Source: an uncultured Rivularia sp. (GTDB lineage Bacteria; Cyanobacteriota; Cyanobacteriia; Cyanobacteriales; Nostocaceae). Taken from it: a DNA stretch of 64,000 nt. Both the position numbers and the translations under genes were made by a program. Under the pieces are notes generated by a model, which saw nothing but the letters and a program-made list of their open reading frames with translations, was not told the origin of the DNA and ran no database searches. Positions 31,111 through 42,562 of the stretch are shown here, piece after piece. Location: positions 2,432,001-2,496,000 of the forward strand of contig OY762007.1 in assembly GCA_963665115.1 (NCBI GenBank), written 5' to 3'. The stretch's first letter is position 1; each line of letters starts with the position of its first letter.

Positions 31111-32454
31111 ATGTTGTCTTCCGAAGGCAAACCTACTGATAACAATTCAGCAATTGCCAATCAAAAGCCATTTAAGACTATAGGGACTAACGGTGCATCA
31201 TATCTTAAGCCAAGCCAGCAATTAGATCGCGAGCAGATATTTCGACTGATAGAAGAAGGAATCTTGTGTTTTGAGGCTTGCCTCTATCATCAAGTTTTAC
31301 CTTTGAAGTTAGAATATAACAGTCTGTTGTTGGGCATCGTTAATCCAAAAGACACGGTAGCATTAGACTATGTAAATAGCATATTATCCTACCTAAAAAT
31401 CGCGGTAACAATTCAATCGGTGACTGCCGAAACTCACCGCATAATATTGTCGGAATACCTGAACTACAAAAATCCATCGTCCGAGCCTAAATTAGATAAA
31501 CAAGAAACTAAAGTGGATTCTAATAATGGACAAAGAAACCTTGGGAATCCATTAATTACAGAAGATTTAGAGGAAAAATCACCAGAAACTCAAGTGGATT
31601 CCAATAATATACAAAGAAACCTTGGGAATCCATTAATTACAGAAGATTCAGAAGAAGAATCACTACCTGGAGATAATACTTTAATATTGTTCGATTCTGC
31701 GAAGGGAGTTAAATTCAAAAGTTTATCCAATCAACAGCTTAAGAAACATCCCATTACAGCACCTTTAAATCACAAAAAGAAGCAAGAATCCGATAAAAAT
31801 ACCGATACAGATATTTTTGAAATTGTATCGGCAAAGAATTTACCCGTATTAAAATTACCTCTTCCGGAATCATTTAGTGCCGATCGAGTACTCCCAACGC
31901 TTCCATCCAAGAAACTGCTTAACGAATTATTAGCAAGAGTTTTAGCCGGAGGTATCGGTCGCTTATATTTGGAAAGACAGCCTTATCAAGGAAGAATACT
32001 CTGGAGTTTAAACGGAATAGTACAGTCGGTAGTAGAAGAACTGCCATTATCAGCATTTCAAGGCGTACTCAATGAATTGAAACGGCTGAATTCTTTACCT
32101 ATGATGACATTGGCAAAAGCAAAGCAAGTAGAAACAGAATGCCTGTATCAAAAACAGCGCTTGTTGTTACGTTTGCGAGTGATGCCAGGAATGCACGGAG
32201 AAGAAGCAACTTTACAAGTATTGCGTGGAGCGGCATTAAAGTTTTACCAGCAACAACAGCTAACCCATATTAGTCGTGACGCTTTGGGAGCTTCTCAACA
32301 GTTAAGCTATAAAGTACGCGAACTACAGCGAAGGCTGGCTGTGAATAAACAAGACTTAAGTCCTCAGCAATTAGAGGCTTTGGAATCTTTGGACGGACTT
32401 GTCGAAAATTTAGATCGTCATCTAAGAATACTTACAGACATTCCTACCTTATAG
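31111..32454 (+). CDS. PilB/GspE N-terminal-like protein lacking the ATPase core
   Basis: FEACLYHQVLPL, GGIGRLYLER, LRLRVMPGMHGEEATLQVLRG; no Walker A. Confidence 0.7.
   Translation: MLSSEGKPTDNNSAIANQKPFKTIGTNGASYLKPSQQLDREQIFRLIEEGILCFEACLYHQVLPLKLEYNSLLLGIVNPKDTVALDYVNSILSYLKIAVTIQSVTAETHRIILSEYLNYKNPSSEPKLDKQETKVDSNNGQRNLGNPLITEDLEEKSPETQVDSNNIQRNLGNPLITEDSEEESLPGDNTLILFDSAKGVKFKSLSNQQLKKHPITAPLNHKKKQESDKNTDTDIFEIVSAKNLPVLKLPLPESFSADRVLPTLPSKKLLNELLARVLAGGIGRLYLERQPYQGRILWSLNGIVQSVVEELPLSAFQGVLNELKRLNSLPMMTLAKAKQVETECLYQKQRLLLRLRVMPGMHGEEATLQVLRGAALKFYQQQQLTHISRDALGASQQLSYKVRELQRRLAVNKQDLSPQQLEALESLDGLVENLDRHLRILTDIPTL
31504..31665 (+). repeat. In-frame 81 bp (27 aa) tandem duplication
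   Basis: ETKVDSNNGQRNLGNPLITEDLEEKSP / ETQVDSNNIQRNLGNPLITEDSEEESL. Confidence 0.9.
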
Positions 32455-32656
32455 ATAAAGACTCAGTGAAACCGCTGATGAGTATTCGCAAATCATTGTG
32501 CTGTAATAGAAGCATTAAACGTTAGCTCTAAGAGTTACGGTTAGATAAATCAAAATTTTACAATCGTAATCTGCTCGCCGATTACGGTTGAAAATGTATG
32601 TATCTACATAAACCTTTCTCTATCCAGTTTTTTAATCTATTTGTGGCAGATATTTC

Positions 32657-33340
32657 ATGCAGACAGAGGTTTTTAGTGAAATTTTCCCCTTAATGAGTAC
32701 AGCTAATCCCCAAACTTTGGAATGGCTGCTCAACGTTGCAACAATGCACGAATATCCCGCAGGGCGAGCCGTTTTAATGGAAGATTCCTGGGGTAATGCG
32801 GTTTACTTTATTTTGTCGGGTTGGGTGAAAGTACGACGTACCAACAGCGAAGATACTCGCGCTCTAGCGATTTTAGGTAAAGGTGATTTTTTTGGGGAAA
32901 TGGCTATTTTAGATGAATCTCCCCGCTCTACCGATGTAATTGCTCTTTCCCCAGTCGAGTTGATTAGCGTATCTAGGGAAAGCTTTATTCAAATATTATT
33001 TAAAGATTCCCAGCTACACCACAGAATGCTGCAATTGATGGTAAAACGGATGCGTTACGTTAATTTACGTCTGCAAATGCGAGCAGCACCGCCAGCTGTC
33101 AAGCTATCTCATACTTTGGTTACTTTGGGAGAGAGTTACGGTGAAGCAGCTGAAAAAGGAAAAGATATTTACAATATTCCTTTTCAAGATTTAGCTGACG
33201 TTACCGACATCGGAATAGAAGAAACTACCCAAATTATGGAAAAGTTACATGAAAAAGCTTGGGTTAACATCAATACCGCTCAAGATATGATTCATCTACT
33301 TAATTTCAAGCAATTGGTCAATTTAGCTGGCAGAATTTGA
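32657..33340 (+). CDS. Crp/Fnr family transcriptional regulator
   Basis: YFILSGWVKV, GDFFGEMAIL..PRST cNMP domain, C-terminal HTH. Confidence 0.9.
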   Translation: MQTEVFSEIFPLMSTANPQTLEWLLNVATMHEYPAGRAVLMEDSWGNAVYFILSGWVKVRRTNSEDTRALAILGKGDFFGEMAILDESPRSTDVIALSPVELISVSRESFIQILFKDSQLHHRMLQLMVKRMRYVNLRLQMRAAPPAVKLSHTLVTLGESYGEAAEKGKDIYNIPFQDLADVTDIGIEETTQIMEKLHEKAWVNINTAQDMIHLLNFKQLVNLAGRI

Positions 33341-33376
33341 GTGAGAGGGAGTAGGGAATAGAGAGTAGTGTTTGTA

Positions 33377-33403
33377 AACCCGGTTTTTTGGAAAAACCGG
33401 GTT
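33377..33403. terminator. Palindrome AAACCCGGTTTTT-TGG-AAAAACCGGGTTT (REP-like/terminator)
   Basis: Perfect stem after the crp-like gene; degenerate copy at ~1049-1071. Confidence 0.5.
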
Positions 33404-33538
33404 TATAATTATTTGTTCTACGTACCGCGATTTATCGCTTTTATCTTAGCTGGTGTTTTATTTGAGTAACAGCAAAAGTCTATCAAGCTATAAGTTGTAA
33501 GTTAGATTAAGAATCCTCGATCGATAATTCCAAAAAAT

Positions 33539-35303
33539 ATGACCGAATTAACTGCTCCTCCCACCCAAAATTCTGCAAAGTCTACCAGAGCAACAATTAA
33601 TTACCAAGTTGCAATGCCTCATCCTCAAACGCATCTGTTTGAGGTAACTTTACATTTAGAAGATTATTCGTTATCTACTTTAGATTTGAAAATGCCCGTC
33701 TGGACTCCCGGTTTCTTACTTAGTACGGGAATATGCCAAGCATTTACAAGATTTGTCTGCCATAAGTAGCGATAAAGCTTTAACTTGGCGCAAAATTGGT
33801 AAAAATTATTGGCAAATAGATACAGATGGAATTTCACAAGTAACTGTTAAATACCGTATTTTCGCAAATGAATTAAGCGTGCGAACAAATCATTTAGATG
33901 CAACCCACGGTTATTTTAATGGAGCGGCAATATTTTTCAGAATACCTGAATTTGATAAGCAACCGATTCACATTAATATTCAAACACCACCTCAATGGCA
34001 AGTCACCACAACATTACCAGTAGTTGAAAAACAAAAAAATACTTTTGTCGCTGCGGATTTCGATACTCTTGTAGATAGTCCTTTTGAAGTCGGTACCCAT
34101 CAGCTACATGACTTTGAAGTTAGAGGGAAACCCCATCAGTTAGCGATTTGGGGAAAAGGTAACGTTAAAGTCGAGCCGTTAATCGAAGATATTAAGAAAA
34201 TCATCGAAGTAGAAGCAAATATGTTCGAGGGTTTACCTTACGAAAAATATCTATTTCTGCTCCACTTATCCGCGCAATCCTTCGGTGGATTAGAACATAA
34301 AGATTCTTGTTCCTTAATATACAAGCGGTTTGGATTTGGCGATCGCGATCAATACGAACGTTTCATGCAGTTGGTAGCTCACGAATTTTTCCACCTATGG
34401 AATGTGAAGCGGATTCGTCCCAAAGAATTGGAAGTTTTCGATTACGATGGAGAAAACTATACACCTTCTCTATGGTTTTGCGAGGGAACCACAAGTTACT
34501 ATGACTTATTAATTCCTTTGAAAGCAGGAATTTATGATGTTAGTTCATACTTAAATAATTTAAGCAAAGAAATCAGTCGATATCAAACCACACCCGGACG
34601 TAAAATACAGCCAGTTTCCGAATCAAGTTTTGATGCTTGGATTAAACTTTATCGTCAAGATGCTAACAGTCCAAATTCACAAATCTCCTATTATTTAAAA
34701 GGAGAAATGATTACCTTGTTGTTAGATTTAATGATTCGTTCCCGTCATAAAAATCAGCGTTCTCTTGACGACGTGATGCTCAAATTATGGCAGCAATTTG
34801 GTAAAGATGAAATTGGTTATACTGCCGACGAATTAAAGCAAATTATCGAATCAGTAGCAGGCACCGATTTAACAGACTTCTTCGATCGTTATATTCACGG
34901 TAGAGAAGAATTACCTTTTAACGAATATCTCGAACCCTTTGGTTTAGAATTAGCTGTAGATACAACCGAAGAGCCATTTTTGGGAATAAAAGTAGTTAGT
35001 AACAATGCAAAAGAATCAATCAAATTTGTAGAATCAGATTCTCCCGCCCAAATTGCTGGAATAGACGCAGGAGATGAATTACTAGCAATTGATGGGATTA
35101 AAGTAACCGGAAAACAATTAAGCGAAAGATTAAAAGATTATCAACCACGAGATACCGTTGAAATTACCGTATTTCATCAAGATGAACTGCGTAATTATAG
35201 CGTTACATTGGATGAACCTCGTGCAAATAAATACGAAGTAGTCCCAGTAGAAAATCCTTCTGCCGTTCAGAAAGAGAATTTTACGAAGTTTTTGAAATTG
35301 TAG
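33539..35303 (+). CDS. M61 family metallopeptidase with PDZ domain (+1 T at ~33714, probable error)
   Basis: MPVWTPG then SYLVREY after correction, GGLEH, HEFFHLWNVKR, EGTTSYY, YYLKG, C-terminal PDZ. Confidence 0.9.
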
Positions 35304-35330
35304 ATTATAACTTGTAACTTGTAATAACTT

Positions 35331-35514
35331 GTAGGTTGGGTTAGACACGAAAACCAATTTAATTAATCATGAAAATGTTAGTTTATCGTGTCGTAACCCA
35401 ACATGATGATTGCTGATGAATATTATCAAATACCTATACGTAATATTGGGTTACGGTTCAAGTGTAAGTTATTCGTTAGAATTTATATTTGCTTGTGAAT
35501 CTAACCCAACCTAC
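35331..35514. repeat. ~185 bp REPIN/MITE-like element, copy 1
   Basis: GTAGGTTGGGTTAG...CTAACCCAACCTAC with two internal long hairpins. Confidence 0.85.
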
Positions 35515-35517
35515 AAA

Positions 35518-35850
35518 CTATATTATTTTAGAAAATACAAATAAAGTACCGCTATCATTTCGTCCAAATAGAATATCATCATCTATATAACTTATTCTCC
35601 ATAACTTTTCATTATTAAAAAAATCGAAAAGAGGAATTTTCAGTCCGGGTAACATCAAAGGTAGAAGAGGTCTAGTTAATTCAAATCCAAAAGTTTTCAA
35701 TTTTACTAACACAGTGTTGTCATCAAGAAAATTCCAAACACTTTCAAGTTCCATTTTCCATTCTGCAAAAGCAGCTACCTCAATAATTTGTTAAAGATTA
35801 TTTGGGTATGCTAAATCTTGAAAAATTATATTTTTATAATACCCATATTA
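35518..35850 (-). pseudogene. PAP/fibrillin-family remnant
   Basis: C-terminal WRISYIDDDILFGRNDSGTLFVFSK; upstream frame ...QDLAYPNNL*QIIEV has an in-frame TAA at 35791-35793. Confidence 0.6.
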
Positions 35851-35970
35851 AACAAAAAAATAACATAATCCAACGTAAAAGCTCTGCTTTCAAATTATAT
35901 GGAAGGCAGAGCCTTCTATTATGGATTCCCAGCCGGAGACTGTGAACCAGTTGGGTTCCCAAAATTTCAA

Positions 35971-36843
35971 TCACATAAAAAGCTTCGCAACACCAGTAAT
36001 ATTATCGCTACCATATCCTTTATCTCGCGCATCCAAATAAACCCGATAAATCGCTTCTGATATTGGACTTGCTGCTTCAACATCCGCAGCAGTTTGCATT
36101 ACATAGCGAAAATCTTTCTCTACTAAATCAATCGGAAACATCGGCGCATGATTACCTTTCAATATCAAACTTGCTGCATTATTTGCCGCTGGGCTAGTTA
36201 CGGGTAATTCACTTAAACATTGAATTGCTTTTTCCAATTCTAAACCGTTTTTCGTTAACATTCCGATAATTTCAGCAAATGCAGCAACTTGAATACCAAA
36301 CATTGCATTAACTGCTAATTTCATTGCCATTCCCTCACCGATATCTCCCACATGATTGATTTTTCCACCACCTGCGGATAACAGAATATTTTCGGCTTTG
36401 CTCAAGATTTCGGCTTTTCCACCTACTAGATAAATTAGATTCCCGCTATCTGCTTGGGGGCGAGTACCAACTACGGGAGCATCAAGAAAGGCTATTTCAC
36501 GATTTGTAATTTCTGCTGCTAATTCTTTTACCCAATTAACTGTTAACGTACTTGATTCAATGGCAACTGCACCTTTACGCATCCCCAACAACGCACCCAT
36601 TTCCGAATTTAACCAAACTGCTCGCGATGCATTGGTATCCGTTACCATGCTAATAACAACATCGGCTTCTTTAACTGCAAGTCTTGGTGTAGTTGCGACA
36701 GTTGCGCCTTTTGCTGCTAAAGCTTCTACTGATTTAGGGGAGCGATTCCAAACCGTAACGTTGTAATTTGCTTTTAACAGATTAGCTGCCATGCGGGAAC
36801 CCATCGCACCAAGCCCAAGTACCGTAATGTTTTGCTTATTCAT
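35971..36843 (-). CDS. NAD(P)-dependent oxidoreductase, 3-hydroxyisobutyrate dehydrogenase family
   Basis: VLGLGAMGSRMA, WNRS, FLDAPVVG, MKLAVN, KD. Confidence 0.92.
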   Translation of the reverse strand: MNKQNITVLGLGAMGSRMAANLLKANYNVTVWNRSPKSVEALAAKGATVATTPRLAVKEADVVISMVTDTNASRAVWLNSEMGALLGMRKGAVAIESSTLTVNWVKELAAEITNREIAFLDAPVVGTRPQADSGNLIYLVGGKAEILSKAENILLSAGGGKINHVGDIGEGMAMKLAVNAMFGIQVAAFAEIIGMLTKNGLELEKAIQCLSELPVTSPAANNAASLILKGNHAPMFPIDLVEKDFRYVMQTAADVEAASPISEAIYRVYLDARDKGYGSDNITGVAKLFM

Positions 36844-36925
36844 ATTTTGATAATTTTGATTTGACAGTGAATACACTATATTTGCTGCACTAAAAACAAT
36901 AAATACTAAATTATGAATTAAACTC

Positions 36926-36940
36926 GTGTAAATTATGCAC
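36926..36940. promoter_or_regulatory. Possible LysR T-N11-A box
   Basis: GTGTAAATTATGCAC imperfect palindrome between the divergent dehydrogenase and lysR genes. Confidence 0.35.
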
Positions 36941-36949
36941 TAATTAATT

Positions 36950-37005
36950 GGCTTGTAGTAAGGACTTTAGTCCTCGAATTTAGGGCTAAAGCCCTTACTA
37001 CGAAC
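36950..37005. repeat. Inverted REP doublet
   Basis: GTAGTAAGGACT-TT-AGTCCT ... AGGGCT-AA-AGCCCTTACTAC. Confidence 0.75.
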
Positions 37006-37018
37006 AAAAACTATCAAA

Positions 37019-37916
37019 ATGGATTTATCAGTACTGCAAATTTTTGTGGAAGTGATGCGACACGGTAGTTTTGCCGCAGTCGCACGAGAACGAAATATCG
37101 ATCCATCTTCTGTTTCGCGAATAGTTGCGGGCTTGGAGTCGGAATTGGGTATCAGGTTATTTCAGCGCACCACACGTAAGTTATCTCCAACTGAAGCAGG
37201 GATGACTTATTTTGAAAGAGTTGAACCGCTCATCGAAGAAATGCACCAAGCAGCAGCGGTTGCAAAAGATATTTCTGGAAATCCCAAGGGAACAATCCGC
37301 GTCACGGCTTCGGTTTCTTTTGGGACTCAAGTGTATTGTGCCGTTGTTACCCAGGTTTGAAGCGAAATATCCAGAATTGACGGTAGATTTATTGCTTACA
37401 GATTCGGTTGTAGATTTATTTACCGAAAGAATTGATGTTGCAATTCGTTTAGGACAACTTGCTGATTCGACTTTAATTGCTCAACAATTGATGCACACCA
37501 GTTATTCAGTTTGCGCGAGTCCAGATTATTTACAGCGATGCGGACAACCGCAAATACCGAAAGATATTGAGCAACATAATTGTCTGCTTTTTCCTTTATT
37601 AGGTTTTAGAACCAGATGGATATTTAAAGATAAAACTACGAATATACAGGAAATCCCAGTCAAGGGAGACACAATTATTTCCAACGCGATCGCACTGCAA
37701 CAATGTGCAATTTCAGGAATGGGTTTATCACTGCTTCCCCACTGGTTAATTGATGGAGATGTTCGTAGTGGTAAGTTAGTTAAGCTATTTCCAGATTACG
37801 AAGTTACGGCAACGGATTTTAATACCGCAGCTTGGTTTGTTTACCCCAGTCGTGCTTATATTCCTCTTAAAGTAAAGGTGTTTGTTGAGGACATTACAGC
37901 AGTTTATAATTCGTAG
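37019..37916 (+). CDS. LysR family regulator (+1 G at ~37323, probable error)
   Basis: HGSFAAVAR..PSSVSR..LE.ELGIRLFQRTTR; DVAIRLG, CASPDYL substrate-binding domain. Confidence 0.9.
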
Positions 37917-38097
37917 GTTGGGTTAGAGACGAAAGCCAATTTAATTAGCAATAAAAATGTTAATTCATCATGTCGTAACTCGACATCGTGATTGCGGATA
38001 AATATTGTGAAATACCGATAACGTAATGTTGGGTTACGGTTAAAATACAAATTATTTGTTTTGAAATAAATATCTTTGTGAACCTAACCCAATCTAC
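37913..38097. repeat. ~185 bp REPIN/MITE-like element, copy 2
   Basis: Same ends and internal sequence as copy 1; its GTAG supplies the lysR stop. Confidence 0.85.
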
Positions 38098-38183
38098 AGA
38101 AAGTTTATTTATACTGATGGTAAGGCTTAGTAATAATCAGCCGCATTTAAAAGGTTATAAAAAATAAAATAAAAATAAAAAAC

Positions 38184-38663
38184 ATGAGAAGGAATTTTTA
38201 CACTGCTTTTTTATTAGGGATAGCTATTATCCTCATTAACGAGCTGACTACGTGCGAACCTTACCTTATTTTTAAGGATTATAAGGACTGTATTATATGG
38301 GGTCCGTTTAGGTGGGGAATTACTTTAGAACAAGATTGGGCTATTGAGAAAAATCCTAATGATGCTGCTGCTTTCTATAACCGGGCATCTATTCACGCTG
38401 AATGGGGAAGGAGGGAGAAAGCCATTGCAGATTTCGCTGAGGTGATTAGAATTAACCCCACAGATGCAAATGCTTTCCCTAGTGTTGCTGGTGCCTACTC
38501 CCGGCGAGGGCAGCAATATCATATACTTGGAAACAAGCAGAAAGCACTTGCAGACTATCATAAAGCAGCAGAAATTTGTAAACAAAAAAAGAACTATTTT
38601 TGTTATAAACGTACATTAGATGACATTAAATGGGTTCAGGAGTCATTACCTTCAACACCTTAG
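38184..38663 (+). CDS. TPR repeat protein with N-terminal signal/TM
   Basis: AAFYNRA...AIADFAEVIRINP, AYSRRG...ALADYHKAA. Confidence 0.8.
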   Translation: MRRNFYTAFLLGIAIILINELTTCEPYLIFKDYKDCIIWGPFRWGITLEQDWAIEKNPNDAAAFYNRASIHAEWGRREKAIADFAEVIRINPTDANAFPSVAGAYSRRGQQYHILGNKQKALADYHKAAEICKQKKNYFCYKRTLDDIKWVQESLPSTP

Positions 38664-38666
38664 TTA

Positions 38667-38852
38667 GTAGGTTGGGTTATGCACGAAAACCAATTTAATT
38701 CCCAAAGAGAATGTTAATTAATCGTGTCGTAACTCGACATCGTGATTGCGGATGAATATTGTGAAATACCGATAACGTAATGTTGGGTTACGGTTCAAAT
38801 ATAATTGATTTATTTTTTTTCGATATATCTTTGTAAACCTAACCCAACCTAC
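38667..38852. repeat. ~185 bp REPIN/MITE-like element, copy 3
   Basis: GTAGGTTGGGTTA...TAACCCAACCTAC; shares internal TCGTAACTCGACATCGTGATTGCGGA with copy 2. Confidence 0.85.
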
Positions 38853-38931
38853 AAGAATTAATATTTTTTCTTATAAATCTAATTGAATAATTGTGGTACG
38901 GGCATCCCTGCCCGCACTTTAATAAAATTTA

Positions 38932-39669
38932 TCAAGCGTATCTTTTCAAAACCCCCGGCTCTTGCTGCATGGGTAACACATCCAAAGTGTCAATTTGAGA
39001 ACAGTATTTTAAATCATCATTGCAGTCCAAACCTATCAAGCGTTTACCGTGGCTGGCATATTTAAACATTTGCAACAAATCATCTTTCCACTGAGAATAA
39101 AGTGCCATTGCAGCAACTACTTCATCGTTACCCACAACATCATCTATAGATAACTTAGTTTTTTCCAATAGATGATGAGCGATCGCACCAGCGCAAGCAG
39201 TATCTTCAAGAGAATAACTACCTTGCCATCCAGAACCCACCATCCAAACATTTTCCGGTTTATTCTTGGCTAAATATTCGACTACAGACGTGAGATTGAC
39301 AAACGCTCCGGTAATAACCGTTGATGCCTCCTGTATTCTTTGTAAAGCACGTGTACCGTTAGTAGTACTGATAAACAAGCGCTTTCCTTCTACAACTTCC
39401 CGTTTGCAGTCGAGAGGAGAATTCCCTAAATCAAAATTAGGAACCTTTGCACCACCCCTTTCCCCAGCCCGCAAACGTTTGTCAGCAGGAAAATTTTCGC
39501 TGACTTCCACAAGTTGATCCAAGTCGCTGAAAAATTGAACAGCTTCCCCACCGTGAGCTAAAACCGTTGCCATAGTTGTAGTTGCACGCAAGACATCAAC
39601 TGCGATCGCGCATTCTGGCATCCCAGTTGTTGGAGTTTCTTCCGGAGCATGATAGATAAATAATTTCAC
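38932..39669 (-). CDS. comB: 2-phosphosulfolactate phosphatase family protein
   Basis: [40 protein letters not shown]. Confidence 0.9.
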   Translation of the reverse strand: MKLFIYHAPEETPTTGMPECAIAVDVLRATTTMATVLAHGGEAVQFFSDLDQLVEVSENFPADKRLRAGERGGAKVPNFDLGNSPLDCKREVVEGKRLFISTTNGTRALQRIQEASTVITGAFVNLTSVVEYLAKNKPENVWMVGSGWQGSYSLEDTACAGAIAHHLLEKTKLSIDDVVGNDEVVAAMALYSQWKDDLLQMFKYASHGKRLIGLDCNDDLKYCSQIDTLDVLPMQQEPGVLKRYA

Positions 39670-39887
39670 GCGCTTGATACACCTACTTTTCTATACTCCC
39701 GAGATTTTAATACGCTGCCGGTGTCAACAGGAAGATGGGGCATGAGCGAGTAGCGAGTAGCGAGTAAAGAGTAAAGAGTAAGAATTTATTCGCAAAAGTA
39801 TGCTTTCGGGTGAGATGAACATGGTTTACCAATAGTTCTGAAGACGTATCTAATATGCTTTTAACAGAAATATATTTTTTCTACTTG

Positions 39888-40020
39888 CTACTTACTACTT
39901 ACTCACTACTCACTACTCACTACTCACTACTCACTATTCACTACTCACTACTCACTACTCACTACTCACTACTCACTACTCACTGCTCACTACTCACTAC
40001 TCACTACTAACTGCTCACTG
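39888..40020. repeat. STRR heptamer (ACTCACT)n, ~15 copies
   Basis: Directly visible, intergenic. Confidence 0.9.
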
Positions 40021-40127
40021 TTGACTGTTCGCTGTAGTCTGGAAAGAGAACAACTTAAAATAAAATATATTTAGCGTTTAGCTGCACGCAACACTTCTCA
40101 ATCCAAAATCCAAAATCTAAAATCAAA

Positions 40128-40544
40128 ATGGCTCCTCTACCAGATTACCGTCCCAAACAACTTTCTCTCGGTCCGTTGGAAGCGGAAATTCTAAATATTG
40201 TTTGGCAGTTGGGAAAGGCTACGGTAAAAAATGTACACGACCGCATTTTAGCTGATCCCAACCGCGAATTAGCTTATACTTCAGTTACTACCGTGCTGCG
40301 ACGACTAACCGAAAAAGGTTGGCTCGAATGCAATAAACGGGGAAAAGCTTTTTATTGGCAACCGCTGCTAACAAAGCAACAGGCAGAAGTTATTCAAGCA
40401 CACGAACAGTTACAGAAATTTCTTAAGGTAGGAAATCCCGATGTAATTGCGGCTTTTGCAGATAGCCTAGATGAAGCAGATTCTGCCAAAATACAAGCAA
40501 TAGCAAAACGAGTTCAAGCTGCGCGACAAGCGAGGGAGGAATAA
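40128..40544 (+). CDS. BlaI/MecI/CopY family repressor
   Basis: LGPLEAEILNIVW, LAYTSVTTVLRRLTEKGWL. Confidence 0.92.
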   Translation: MAPLPDYRPKQLSLGPLEAEILNIVWQLGKATVKNVHDRILADPNRELAYTSVTTVLRRLTEKGWLECNKRGKAFYWQPLLTKQQAEVIQAHEQLQKFLKVGNPDVIAAFADSLDEADSAKIQAIAKRVQAARQAREE

Positions 40545-40547
40545 TAA

Positions 40548-41389
40548 ATGCATTTATTGATAATTTTTTTAGCTTTAATAGTTGCCTACACTACAAGATG
40601 TCAATGGACTCAAAACATCGCTAGATGGAATGAACGTTGGCACAAAGCACTATTTTTCTTTTTATTTCCTCCCTTATTGATTTTCACCACAACCTTAGCT
40701 TTAGTGTTTATGGGGGCCCTCAAGGCAGAATGGGAGGCTTGCAAACTGGTTGTTATGGCTATGCGATCGCCTTACTTGCTATTGCCTTTTTTGCAATAAT
40801 GTGCGTCAAACAAGCATGGCAAGGATGGCTATCTGTAAAAGAGACGAGTGACTGTCCGACAATTAATGTGGGGGGAAAACAAGTTCGCTTATTAAATACA
40901 TCAGCATTATTTGCCGGTCAAATTGGCTTTCTAAAACCCGAATTAGTCTTAAGTTCTGGATTATTAAAAACTCTTTCAAGCAATCATTTAGAAACCGTTT
41001 TAGCCCACGAACAAGGACATTATTATTATCGCGATACATTTTGGTTTTTTTGGTTGGGTTGGATGCGAGAATGTACTTCCTGGTTGCCTAATACAGAAGC
41101 TTTATGGCAAGAATTATTAACTTTACGAGAATTGCGAGCCGACGCTCACGCAGTTTCATTTGTAGATCCCTTGTTGCTAGCAGAATCTCTACTAATGGTT
41201 GTTAGCAGTCCCCCGATTACTTCAGAAGTACTTTGTGCAGCATTGGGTTCACCCGGTGCCAACCGTTTAGAAGAAAGAGTAGAAGCCCTCTTATCTCCAC
41301 CGCAACCAACACTAAAAATTCACTTCACCTCTTTGAAATGGCTTGTATGGACTTTTATTCCTTTAGTTAGCATCGCGTTTCATAGTTAA
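40548..41389 (+). CDS. M56 (BlaR1-like) membrane metallopeptidase (indel at GGGGGCCC ~40715)
   Basis: FLFPPLL, GPQGRM, LAHEQGH (HExxH), RELRAD; 3 bp downstream of blaI-like gene. Confidence 0.85.
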
Positions 41390-41502
41390 TTAAGAATTGG
41401 GGATTGGGGATTGGGGATTGGGCATGGGTAATTGGTAATTGGTAATTGGTAATTGGTAATTGATAATTGATAATTAATTTCTCCCCTTGTCTCCCCATCC
41501 CC

Positions 41503-42444
41503 CTATCTCCCCATCGTTTGATAATACCAACGTCTAAATAACAAAGTGCCTTTATCTGTAGGAACGTTTAATTCTTCTGTTGTATTGGGAATTTCACCAA
41601 CTTGAGATTCAATTACTACTTTATCTTCGATAACAGGTTTGATAAATTCATCAACAATATATCCTTTTGATTTCTCGTTTGTTTCTCCTAACATCAATAT
41701 TGATAAAATATATCGCGTTTGCTGCTCGTTAATTGGTACGCTAAATAAATGTACTCGCACTGGTATTCCCATTTCATCAAACTTTAATACAACTAGATTG
41801 GGTTGATGCCATTCCAATGCAAAACCAGATGGAGTATTATCGAAACGATTAAAAACTTTGATGCTTGTTTCTGTTTGTTCAATTTGATATTCAGCAACAC
41901 TCTTTGCTTCTAAAGCTTTCTTACCAATCGCACCACCAAAAGAGTTACGATGCACGAATGGTAAATGTACAAAATCCATTGCATTTTCAATTACTCGCGT
42001 CCAATGAACATTCCAAATTTCATCATGAACGTAGTAAGATTGTTGGGGTTGTTTCAAACTTTCAGGAATTTGCGGCTCCGATACTTTCTCAAATCCTGTA
42101 AAAACCCATACTAATCCGGCAATAATCTGCGTTGGGAAACTGACAGCAGATAACTTAGATAAATTAATTTCTTTGGGATTGTTGAAAGGAATTTCAGTAC
42201 AGTTTCCATTATTATCAAACTGCCAACCATGATAGGGACATTCCAAACAGCCGTTATCGTTTATTTTACCTAATGAAAGCGCAACTCCTCGATGAGGACA
42301 TTTATCCAAAAGCGCTCCAACTTCACCCGATAAATTACGAAATAAAACTAATTTTTCCCCTGCTAATTTCACCGTAATAGGTGTATTCTTAATTTCTTCC
42401 ACCGATACTACAGGTGTCCAAAAATCCGAAAACATTTCAAACAT
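41503..42444 (-). CDS. Rieske non-heme iron oxygenase alpha subunit
   Basis: CPHRG...CPYHGW; ENAMDFVHLPFVH; EDK. Confidence 0.92.
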   Translation of the reverse strand: MFEMFSDFWTPVVSVEEIKNTPITVKLAGEKLVLFRNLSGEVGALLDKCPHRGVALSLGKINDNGCLECPYHGWQFDNNGNCTEIPFNNPKEINLSKLSAVSFPTQIIAGLVWVFTGFEKVSEPQIPESLKQPQQSYYVHDEIWNVHWTRVIENAMDFVHLPFVHRNSFGGAIGKKALEAKSVAEYQIEQTETSIKVFNRFDNTPSGFALEWHQPNLVVLKFDEMGIPVRVHLFSVPINEQQTRYILSILMLGETNEKSKGYIVDEFIKPVIEDKVVIESQVGEIPNTTEELNVPTDKGTLLFRRWYYQTMGR

Positions 42445-42465
42445 AATTTCTCCTTTTATTCTAAC

Positions 42466-42485
42466 TACCTAAAATTAAGTAGGTA
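42466..42485. promoter_or_regulatory. Putative TetR operator upstream of the Rieske gene
   Basis: TACCTA-N8-TAGGTA. Confidence 0.65.
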
Positions 42486-42562
42486 AATTAATATCTGATG
42501 TAGAGACGTAGCACTGTTACGTCTCCCCAACGTTAAATATCACAGCTAATACATCTCAAAAA

